Assembly (NCBI GenBank): GCA_964652265.1
Contig: CAZZAL010000006.1
Location: forward strand, 1-53,757
Origin: an uncultured Planctomycetia bacterium
GTDB lineage: Bacteria; Omnitrophota; Gorgyraeia; Gorgyraeales; Gorgyraeaceae
DNA: 53,757 bases
Direction of reading: 5' to 3'
Below are positions 20,116 to 29,800 of this stretch, piece by piece (the first letter of the stretch is position 1; each line of letters starts with the position of its first letter). Made by a program: the position numbers and the translations under genes. The notes under the pieces are model-generated. The model ran no database searches. It worked only from the letters and a program-made list of their open reading frames with translations, and was not told the DNA's origin.

Positions 20116-23100
20116 CTAAAGATCCGTTCTTTGTTTTTCCGAAGCCTGTATTTTTTCCTCTAGGTTTTCCTTAATCTGTTCTTCAACAGGGCTCTCCCAT
20201 CTTAATACATCTCTAAATGAATCAAAAGAACCAACCCTCTTCATGATACTGCTGTGCTTACCGCCAAAAAACCTATAGATATCACTGCTAGCTTCTGTTA
20301 CGACGTCAAGTATGCCGCCTTCCCGTAAAGAGCCTCTAGCAGAAAAAATAGACTCTTTTAAGCCTAGCGGCCTATTAAAGTCATGCTCCGAGGTAGGTGG
20401 CTGTGGCACTATAAACACTACATAATCAAATATGTTTCTAAAATAAAAGCCAAAATTAGCATACTCCTGTTTAATAAAAGTCACGTCACTTACTTGATCT
20501 ATGCTTTCCTGCAACTTGACCTCATTCATATCAGCTGCTATAACAAACATATCATCTACATCAGTATAAACGTGGTCAAAATACTCCAATGTCCTTTTAA
20601 CGCCACTGCCCGCGCAAAGGTCAATGACAATCTTTGTGTCAGGATTATGCTGTCTGAAGACCTTCAGGTAATCTGCAAAGGAAATTGGTTTAGTAAATAA
20701 CTGTCCACCTTCCTTTGCAAGCTCAACAGCTGCGCCATTGTAAAAAGACAAGTATACATCTGAACCATCAACAACACATCTCCTAATATTTATATGATTC
20801 TTCTCTGCAAATAAGATATCTGCGTCACTAAGATCATCTATGCCTCCAGCAACCAATCTATCATAAATACCTTCTAGGACAGCCAGGTCTAGATTTTTGT
20901 TCAGATCAACTGCATGTCTTGGATCAGTTATGGGAACTTCTGCCTGCGCCAGCTCCTGATTAGACGCCAAGGCATCATTTAGAGGCGCATCCGCTGGTAT
21001 ATACAAAGGTACCTTATATTTATCAGCTGCGGTCATAACCACAGGCAACGTAACGTCTTTAAGGGACTTACGCACATCATCGTCGGTGATCAGGGGTTTT
21101 AACCTTAATTTCTTGACATTGTGGTTGTCCCACTCTGTGCCGCGTTTGAACTGGGCCAGTTGACGCTGCGCATCAGCGCTCATCACAATAGCGCTGATCC
21201 CGTAATCAAAATCTCCCTCTAAAAAGTCATCTAAATAATACTGGATATCCGGGACATCCACGGCCAAGGCCAGGTCTATACCCCCTTCTTCTATGCCAAG
21301 CTCTTTTAAAAGCATGCCTGTGTCTTTGACTTCTTGAACCTCTCTGACAGTACGCAATGTCAGGCCTATCCTACCGGAATAATTGTCGAAAAAGCCCTTC
21401 AATTCTCTTCTCAGGATCTTCAATGCCATCAGATCCCATTTAAATATCTCCTTATCAGGATTAAGGTTTTTCTTCATGCCCCGATTGCCCATCTCAGGGT
21501 TTCCTTCTTTTTTCAATTCGTAACGATGCGCTCCTGGCTTGGACTTTAATAGATTCGAGGTCTCATTGGCGCTTTCCAAAAAGAAACTCTCATTATTCTT
21601 AAGCGCCTCTCTCGCAGGCTGCCTCATAAGATCTAGAAGAACAGCAATATAGTACTTCTTTCCCTGCCCTTTTTGGGCCAGATAACCTTTCTCCTTTAAG
21701 AAACTCTCTATGATGCGTTTCAATTTTATGCTTTCCATGTCCAGTTCCACATTTGAAATCTCGATGTTTATATCATTTAACTTGCTGGCCTTTTTATCCA
21801 TAAGCTCTGCAGGGACTTCTTCGCCGTCCTGACTGCGCTGTACAAGCTCGTTAAAGTCGTTCTCCCACACTAAACGTTTTCCCTGCTTCTCTTCGTATAT
21901 CTCTGTCAACTCCTTTAACGATTGGCTGACATCCAATCTCCCTTCATCATAATCCAGGAACAGCCTGTAATGCATGGGTAAATCGTTGTGCAACTGCGAC
22001 ACACTTATTGCGTTGTAGTCCGAGTGTATCTCCGGAACTGCGTCAGGGTTTATCTCATCATAAATATTATAATGGCGCTCTTTCAAAGCTGTCTTCAGGG
22101 CAGGTAATACCTTGATAAGCTCCTCTGATAATCCCTTCTGATTAGCAGAATTATCAGCCATTTTTATAATATCAAGGGCTATCTGTTCTCTATCCACCTC
22201 GCTGTTTTTATCCCTGGGGAGCTGTAAAAACTGGTGTCCTGCTATATCATAATGCCCATATATATGGTCAAAAAGTGCCCAGATATTCCTGGCTGTGCCT
22301 TCTACGCGCGGTAATGTAAGAGAAGCAGAGTCATAACCCAGGACATAAAGTATAATAGCGCCTACCAGATCAGCAGAGGGCCAGTCTCCGCAATAACCTG
22401 CTGTGATCTTCATGGAAGGATCTTTTAATTTTTCATTGTGACGTCTGGTCTCATTGGCCAAAGTAGCCAACATGCGAATAAGGGATTTGGCACGGTTAGT
22501 AAGGGTGTCAAAGTATGGGGCGCCCATCATCATCCTGTCCACTGCCTTGCTGAATTGCAACTGGTCATTGCCACCTGTTGAACTAAAGCGTATCAATGAA
22601 GCCAGGAAAGGCCTCAGTTCAAATGCCTGGGGTGTTTCTGTCATGATACCCAACTTTACCTTTTCAGGGTCCAGCCCTACGTCTTCGACAACCTTTTTTA
22701 GTTCTACAAACTGTTCTTCATCATAGACTACTGGCGCGAACACGCGTACCAGATAACGATTTTTATCCACAAGATTTTTTATGGCCTCCAGCTGCATCCT
22801 CAAGACCCGCTTATCGTCGAGCATCATGCGTATTCCCCGATATCCTGCCATGGGGTTAAGGTCACGCACAACACGGGAACCAGGCATCTTTTCCAGTTCA
22901 TCGCTCTTCCTGTCGTCTAACCTTATATATATGGACTTGTCCATCTGCTCTATTAATAAAGACAGATATACCTTGTCTTCACCCTTTGCCTTTTCGCGTA
23001 ACTTTCTCAGATTATCCAGATAATAATGCGGGTCTTCTGAAGCATCATGAGAGTTCACATAGGCGTCTGAATAGAGATTCGCCAGTTTAATAGCTTCTTT

Positions 23101-26100
23101 CTGAAGTCCTGGATCAGATATACCCTGGGCCAATTCCATAAAGACCTTTGGCCAGACGCGGAATGTCTCGGCAATGCCCTCCAGGCCCCTGGAAAGTATA
23201 TCTACATAACGCTCTTCTCCGGATAGATAACCGGATGTCAGTTTATCAAAGAACTCTATAAGTTCTGCTTCTTTGGCATTATTAGGGTCATAGGGTGGAT
23301 GAACTGGATCATCTAAATATTCTCTATAGAATTCTAGTCCTGATGTAAATTCTTTCTGCTCTCCATCCTGATGAATGACAATGCGACTATTTTTTCTATC
23401 TTGACTAAGGATAATATGACCTTCTAAAACACTTGGATTAAGAGACGCTATTTCTCCATGGAAAGATAAGGCACTATTAAGCCAGCTACGCTCTGTATCT
23501 GTCAGTCCTTCCTGATCCATCTTTGTTAAAAGTGCTTTGTAGCGATAATTGTCATATTGCAATAAGCCCTCCGGGGCAGCTCCGATAGCACCCAATAACT
23601 GTTCCTCGCGTACCAGGCCTGAGCCATAGAAACTCGGCCAGATCCCACCCAGCGCAAGGGCATTCTGCGCAGTGCTAAGGGCATTCACGTTTAGGCCCAG
23701 TTTAAAACCTTCGGGCAAGATAGGTAATTCCCTGGCGCTAAAATCTTCTCCGACCGGCTTGAGCCTGTCAGAATGATCCCCCTCAAATATAATACCTTTT
23801 GTGGCCACGACTGTTACCTTACGCCCATTGTACAACAGATTTAAATCCGGGAGGCCGGTAACAACCACCCAGCCAAATTCCATGGACATGATCGCTGTAT
23901 GGGATTGTCTTCCTCCAACAAGGGCAATTATTGCCGCTGCCCTGTGCATAGCTGCGTCCATATCAGGGGTGCCTTCTTCGGTAACCATGATCTTTTTGTG
24001 GACCTTATGCCATTCATCGGGCCTGTCTTTAAATGCCAACTGCACAAGGCCAGCAGCAGCACCCCTGCTGTGAAAAGTCGGGCCTTCATAGAGCACAAGG
24101 CCTTTTTCTCTTAACTCAACAACATCTTTATCAGGCATATCCATGTATCTCAAAAATACCACTGAAGAATCCCTCAGGTTCTGACGTGTTTCAGGTCGCA
24201 CCTGGGTATAGATAAATACATATTCATATCTCGGATTACCGGATTTGTCACGGGCAATCCCATCCGGCTGACTCGAATCGTTTACGTATACAGGTCTGCC
24301 CTGGCTATCGCGCCTGATCTTTAAGCCACCTTCAAAATCCTGATACATCCTGTAATACTCATACATAGTCCTTCCTAGGATACCTAAATCACCCAAAAGC
24401 TTATAGTCTGTGGTTACTGGCTTCCCTGCTAATGCATCTGGAAAATCCAGGTCAATGGTGCCGCCTTTCTTTTCTTCACCTTCTATCAGACGCTTAATGC
24501 CTAAGACATTGGGCACTTCCCATGTGCGCCTGTTATCCGAAACCTTGTAATCCACTACCTCGCCTTTAAACCTCATATAGGCATTATCCGGGGTAGACTT
24601 ATTAGCAACAATGGTATTGGTGGCACCTTCCACTAACCCCATATCCACCTGCATGACGCCTGTATTGCGGTTAACACCAAAACCTACGATGCCTATATCA
24701 AAGAAACCCATCTGCTGGAATAAAGAACTCATCTCTACGTCTTCAGAATATATAGGCAGGGGTGGAGTCTGCTGCAGGCGATAATCAATACTACGGAAAT
24801 TAAAGAGTGAACGCTGGTTCGCAAGCCACTCCTCTACAAACACATCCAGGTCTTTATCTTTAACAGGTCCCATCTCTTTATCCTGACGCATGACTTCCTG
24901 TATCAAGGCCTGGAGCACTGTGTTCCAGGGGCCAACAGATACGCCCCACTCAGACTCATCTATATCTACAGGGATACCTGCTTTTTTCATTGCATTAACA
25001 AGCAAGCGAAGCTGTTCCCATGGATCCTTTTCATTTCTAACTTTATACTGCAGGGTATATACATCTATACCTTTATTGTTAAGCAGCTTCATGGTATCCA
25101 GTATCATTACAAAAAGTGACGTATCCTGCCTGCCTGCAAAGGAGGCTGCCTCGCTGTCCTCGCCCAATGCTGAACTGCGTATGGCCAGGATTAGCAAGCG
25201 TAACGGAATATCAAGACGTTCAGCTAGATGCTTAAGGCTTTCCCTCATCTCTTCTACTAGATCCTGCGCTATTTCTGCCTTTTTAGGTCCCAAGAGCTCT
25301 TTATATTGGTCGGAATACCTTCTTATCATCGACAGGTATCTTTTAGTAAACCCAGAATCCTCCATGACATCCTTATCTTTGATATCTGCCTTGGGTATGT
25401 TTTTCTTGGCAGCCAGGCTTTCTTTAACAGAATTAAAAAGCGCAGCCATGTCATCTTTCAGATCAGACGCAAGACGGGTAAATATAACATCGTATTCCGG
25501 ATTAGCACCTATAAGCTTTTCTTTGAATGCCTTTCCTGAAGTGGCAAATGCCGCTAGTGTCAGTGCGCCCGGCGTATGCTGCATCATACCTGTATAAGCT
25601 GTCTTGCCTCCAAATAACGGCGCATCTCTTGCGTCAACCTCATAGTCCCATACAATAGACCTGCCTTTGACCAGGGCCATATCTGCCAGGTATTCGCCTT
25701 CCATGTGATAGGTATCTGTCCTGTCCTTAAATTTATCTGTCATATCTTCACCTTCAGGAGGTGTCTGATATTTATCTACAGCAATAAGATATGGATAGGC
25801 GTTTTTAATCTCTCTGAGCATGTTTTCTGCTTCATCAGTCGAGGTCTTTCCGAATAAACCAAACTCCCTCAGCAAGGCATCTGCTGCGCGCCGGCCATTA
25901 AACGAACGTGTGCGTTCCATCTGGTCGATCAGCCAGAATTTCTTCTCTTCGGTCGTAAGAGAACGGCCCTCCCCCATCACCTTGTCTTTAAGATTGAAGA
26001 GTTTTATGGCATCCTCCAGGCGGTTATAGTTCCCTGTTGGTATACTGACTTGGGCAAGGCGGTTTATGATTTTATTCTGGGCAAAAAGCCCGTTTGCAGG

Positions 26101-26766
26101 CGTATCCTTTTCCCTCAGGTAGAGTTCTGTCAGGGCCTGGGCAAAAAGCCCCATTGTCGCACGCTTAAGACCGAGCTGTAAAAGATATTCCATAAAGGCA
26201 AGTTCGATATATACGGTGTTGGTCTTTTTATCCACCTGGTAGTGACGATTCCCTAATCTGCTGGAAGACACCAATACGACCCGCGTCTTTTCGAGATAAT
26301 CAGCAAAATATTGAAACTTGCCTTTTCCTAAATAACTTCTGAAGAAATTATAAGCCAGGGGAACTATCTTTACATAACGCGGCAGGTCTAATCTGCCTAT
26401 AGGCACATCCTGTTCATTCGGAAACTGTGTTTCAGAGGAAAGCAAAAGATCTCCGTTTTCCAGGATAAACGCGCCTTCATGTTTGGAAAGCCATGTCTTT
26501 TCCCCGTCTAATTTCGTTAAACCTACTTCGTCCTTTTCAATGCGTTCCTGCAGGGCATCCTTATCAAGCGCATAGGCGACTAATCCACCCTTTCCAGGAT
26601 CATAGACATGGACTTTTGTTTTTTCTTCTGACAATTCAAGAAAATCTTTTGCTGTTTCGCTGGTTGCCAGGGGCGGCCTCAAGGTATGTTTTTGGAGAGG
26701 GGCAGAGAATGCAATATTCTGAAATGAAAACACAAACACTAAAAGGATCGAGATGATTTTTCTCAT
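20116..26766 (-). CDS. Signal-peptide-bearing multidomain protein (2216 aa): divergent PEP synthase (ATP-grasp, phospho-His, PEP-binding barrel) + degenerate second barrel + class I SAM methyltransferase
   Basis: FGGK, IRSSALGED..SFAGRQDT, SLFNFRSIDYR, QVRPET, GGRQSHTAI (His956), NPMAGYRG, MTETP, GGNDQLQ, YCGD (Cys1459); second NPEMGNRG segment; IDLCAGSG..LREGG near the C-terminus. Confidence 0.88.
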   Translation of the reverse strand: MRKIISILLVFVFSFQNIAFSAPLQKHTLRPPLATSETAKDFLELSEEKTKVHVYDPGKGGLVAYALDKDALQERIEKDEVGLTKLDGEKTWLSKHEGAFILENGDLLLSSETQFPNEQDVPIGRLDLPRYVKIVPLAYNFFRSYLGKGKFQYFADYLEKTRVVLVSSSRLGNRHYQVDKKTNTVYIELAFMEYLLQLGLKRATMGLFAQALTELYLREKDTPANGLFAQNKIINRLAQVSIPTGNYNRLEDAIKLFNLKDKVMGEGRSLTTEEKKFWLIDQMERTRSFNGRRAADALLREFGLFGKTSTDEAENMLREIKNAYPYLIAVDKYQTPPEGEDMTDKFKDRTDTYHMEGEYLADMALVKGRSIVWDYEVDARDAPLFGGKTAYTGMMQHTPGALTLAAFATSGKAFKEKLIGANPEYDVIFTRLASDLKDDMAALFNSVKESLAAKKNIPKADIKDKDVMEDSGFTKRYLSMIRRYSDQYKELLGPKKAEIAQDLVEEMRESLKHLAERLDIPLRLLILAIRSSALGEDSEAASFAGRQDTSLFVMILDTMKLLNNKGIDVYTLQYKVRNEKDPWEQLRLLVNAMKKAGIPVDIDESEWGVSVGPWNTVLQALIQEVMRQDKEMGPVKDKDLDVFVEEWLANQRSLFNFRSIDYRLQQTPPLPIYSEDVEMSSLFQQMGFFDIGIVGFGVNRNTGVMQVDMGLVEGATNTIVANKSTPDNAYMRFKGEVVDYKVSDNRRTWEVPNVLGIKRLIEGEEKKGGTIDLDFPDALAGKPVTTDYKLLGDLGILGRTMYEYYRMYQDFEGGLKIRRDSQGRPVYVNDSSQPDGIARDKSGNPRYEYVFIYTQVRPETRQNLRDSSVVFLRYMDMPDKDVVELREKGLVLYEGPTFHSRGAAAGLVQLAFKDRPDEWHKVHKKIMVTEEGTPDMDAAMHRAAAIIALVGGRQSHTAIMSMEFGWVVVTGLPDLNLLYNGRKVTVVATKGIIFEGDHSDRLKPVGEDFSARELPILPEGFKLGLNVNALSTAQNALALGGIWPSFYGSGLVREEQLLGAIGAAPEGLLQYDNYRYKALLTKMDQEGLTDTERSWLNSALSFHGEIASLNPSVLEGHIILSQDRKNSRIVIHQDGEQKEFTSGLEFYREYLDDPVHPPYDPNNAKEAELIEFFDKLTSGYLSGEERYVDILSRGLEGIAETFRVWPKVFMELAQGISDPGLQKEAIKLANLYSDAYVNSHDASEDPHYYLDNLRKLREKAKGEDKVYLSLLIEQMDKSIYIRLDDRKSDELEKMPGSRVVRDLNPMAGYRGIRMMLDDKRVLRMQLEAIKNLVDKNRYLVRVFAPVVYDEEQFVELKKVVEDVGLDPEKVKLGIMTETPQAFELRPFLASLIRFSSTGGNDQLQFSKAVDRMMMGAPYFDTLTNRAKSLIRMLATLANETRRHNEKLKDPSMKITAGYCGDWPSADLVGAIILYVLGYDSASLTLPRVEGTARNIWALFDHIYGHYDIAGHQFLQLPRDKNSEVDREQIALDIIKMADNSANQKGLSEELIKVLPALKTALKERHYNIYDEINPDAVPEIHSDYNAISVSQLHNDLPMHYRLFLDYDEGRLDVSQSLKELTEIYEEKQGKRLVWENDFNELVQRSQDGEEVPAELMDKKASKLNDINIEISNVELDMESIKLKRIIESFLKEKGYLAQKGQGKKYYIAVLLDLMRQPAREALKNNESFFLESANETSNLLKSKPGAHRYELKKEGNPEMGNRGMKKNLNPDKEIFKWDLMALKILRRELKGFFDNYSGRIGLTLRTVREVQEVKDTGMLLKELGIEEGGIDLALAVDVPDIQYYLDDFLEGDFDYGISAIVMSADAQRQLAQFKRGTEWDNHNVKKLRLKPLITDDDVRKSLKDVTLPVVMTAADKYKVPLYIPADAPLNDALASNQELAQAEVPITDPRHAVDLNKNLDLAVLEGIYDRLVAGGIDDLSDADILFAEKNHINIRRCVVDGSDVYLSFYNGAAVELAKEGGQLFTKPISFADYLKVFRQHNPDTKIVIDLCAGSGVKRTLEYFDHVYTDVDDMFVIAADMNEVKLQESIDQVSDVTFIKQEYANFGFYFRNIFDYVVFIVPQPPTSEHDFNRPLGLKESIFSARGSLREGGILDVVTEASSDIYRFFGGKHSSIMKRVGSFDSFRDVLRWESPVEEQIKENLEEKIQASEKQRTDL

Positions 26767-26800
26767 GTAATTAAACCTCCATCTTACTTTCGTTAGGTTC

Positions 26801-29800
26801 TTAAGCGTTTGTTATAGCTTCAAACAACGCCTTATCTCTATCAGTATTTAACTTTTCTAAATCAAAACCGCCGAAAAGCACGTCTTTGCCAAAAATAGCA
26901 ATAGCGCTTGTTAAGTCTTCAGGAACTACGCCCCTTAATATGAATTCCTTTTCTATGCCGCTAATATCTACCCCCGGTTTTTCTATAATCTGTAACTCTA
27001 CCTTACCAGTCTCCTTATATTTATTTTTGTAATTCACAAGTTGCTTGTCAAACTCAGCTCTGTCTCTTGCTATTATCATCACTCTGGTGGTCTCTTTGTT
27101 CTGTCTGTCAAGCCAATTATTAAACGGTACCTCATTTCTCCTCAGCTCATCCGCAGGAATGATATATACCTTAAGCTGCTCATTCGAAGCAAGGCTTGTA
27201 GAAAAACCAGCCGGTGCAGCACCAACGGCTTTGAATCCTGTCTGCCCCTTGTTTACCTTTATAACCTCATCCTTGGTCGTTGACAGAACACTCACAACAT
27301 GAGCATCCTCGCCTAACACTAAAAGTTGCCCTTTTTCTTTTAATCTCTTTATAGCACTCTTATACACAGGTATATTAGCTATCAAATCATACTCTTGTTT
27401 TGCCTTTCCATCATCCCCTATAACTTCGCTTCCGTCTTCACGTAAAACCGACTGTTCTTTCCCTTTATAAGGCAAAAACGTATCTTTCCTGTCTCCCAGT
27501 TTTATATCTACTGCGGGAGGTATTCCGTCTTTCGCCAAAAGGCCCATGGAATTTACTATAAAATCCTGGACAGCCTGTTCAGTCATATATCCTTTGACAT
27601 CATCCGTATTATCTTCGTTAGGTACCTTCTTCTCAGGCTGGACAGTCTCTGGGATCTTTTCTGATAATTCTATTATTCTGTCTACCCAATCCTGGCTGTC
27701 AATGCCTCTAAGCTGTGTCATTAAACGTGCTTCAGTTTCATCAAAACCGAATATCCTTGCAATAAATAATCTCAAGTCCACGGCATAAAAGGCAACATTA
27801 AAAGCTACGCTTCTGTCTCCAAAGATATCCTCTATAAACTGTTTTTCTTTATCCAGTCTTGCATATAAGTCTGTGCTCTCTTCTCCTGCCATATCTATAG
27901 CTGCATACCCTGTTTTTTCTTTGTTCCTTGTGGCAAATTCGCTTACTTCTCTGATCTCCACCTGTGTTATCTCTTCGCCAGTTTCCTTATTTCTGTATGT
28001 TACCCTGGCTGCAAATCCTCCCTTTTTATCTCCTTTAGACGGAGAGCATATTGCTACAGTTGCAATACTTTCCCCATCTTTTCTTGCCTTGAGAATCTTT
28101 CCGACCATACTAGCTCTGGGATAATTCAGTATATTGTCGCCATTGCCCGCAGAAAGAATACCGCTTGAATTTTCCAGTAAATCCATAACAAGATCTTTGT
28201 CCATTAGAATAGAAAGAAAGGCCCATAGGTGATTTTCAGCGCACGTAGCAAGATGTCCATCCTTGAACCTCAGCGGCTCTCCTGTCATGGGACCCAGAAC
28301 AAGCCCTGCCTTCTGCATGCTAACATTAATCTGCCCCTTATCCTTGGCTTCCTTATACTCTGTATCCAATAAACCTCTTATACTCCTGTCGCTCTCGCCT
28401 TCCTTTGTTCCATCAACACTTGTAACTACTACTACCTTTGAATTTTTGTTCTGACCAAAGATCAAGCCAATCCTGGCCTGAGCAATGCTGATCCAGCCCG
28501 TAACCACTCTTCCAGCCTTTTCAATTCTTACTTTTAATGCCTTATGAACCGTCTTATGCTGTCCTATTTCTCTCTTTACAGTAGTAGCAGAACCTCCCAT
28601 AAAAGGGACAGAAACTATTTCTCCGCTTTCTATTGCCTGTTTACCAAGTAAAACCTCTGGATTTGATTTATCTTCAGTAATATAATCAAGGTCTTTCTCT
28701 TCCAATGCCTCTACTTTTGCTACTTCCCAATTTTCTAAATCAGGAACCGCCAGCCTCGTAGGTTCTATATCTCTTTCATACAAAGTAAGGGTTCTTTTCT
28801 TTTCACCTGCTGCTTTTTTCTTACTTTCTGTTTTGAGATGAGTGATCTTTTTATCCCATTTATTCCAGTCAACTCCCCTATAAGACAAATACAAATAATC
28901 AGATACGCTTGCAATTATTCCATTAGAGGTGGTTACGGAATATTGTCTATATTCATTTATTTCCTGAGCCCTATCCTGAACCCTATTCAACACGTCCTGA
29001 GCTAAATAATAATCATCAGGTATTCCATTCATGGCTACGCTTGTAGCATAATGCAAAACAGACTGCAGGTTAGCAAAAAACTCTCCATCTCTACAACGCT
29101 CTAACATTTGCCTTGCTAGAGGATTTTCAACTTTATTGGGTAAAAGCGATGGGTGAAGAATCTTATTCGCTGGAAACAACACTATATCTTGTTCAGAAAC
29201 AGGCAAATATACACGACAGTCTTCAACGTCTATTTCTGCGTGATTCAAGCCAAAGAAATTAAACCAGTCATCATTACCTATGGGATTGATCTTTGAAAGG
29301 TCTATCTTGCCTTTTTTTACCAGATAAACATTATTACCGACCACAGCATACTGTTTACCTTTGTGGGATTTAACTTCTACTTTTAATTTCTGTCCAGAAC
29401 CATTCTTTAGCATGACTCCGTCTTTGATATTAGATACATGGATATTTTCTGATAGACCTACCAATGAACCAAGTACGACTTCTAAGCCATTGATTTTTAT
29501 AGGCTCTTTATTTGCTTCAGCAACAGCATTTATTGCTTCCCGCATAATCCCTATCTCCTCATCCTTGATCCTACCTCTATTTAACATCTCCTTTATATTC
29601 TCAGGCAAGGCTTGGCGCTGTGCATTTGTTAAAGCAATGCGAACTTTGTATTGCTTTACATATCCTTTAGTTTTGTCGCTCTTTACCCTTTCAGGCAGCT
29701 CTTCCAGTATTCCGAGCTTAACTGCATCTCTAAATTCTTGTCTAACTGTCCCATCACTATAAGGCCTGTAGACAGTCTTAGAGCCATCTACTTTAAAATC

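Noticed and set aside
20095-26800. Stop read-through or alternative genetic code fusing the three cluster ORFs
   Set aside because: Each ORF has its own signal peptide and start, and conserved genes in the window terminate normally at TAA, TAG and TGA.
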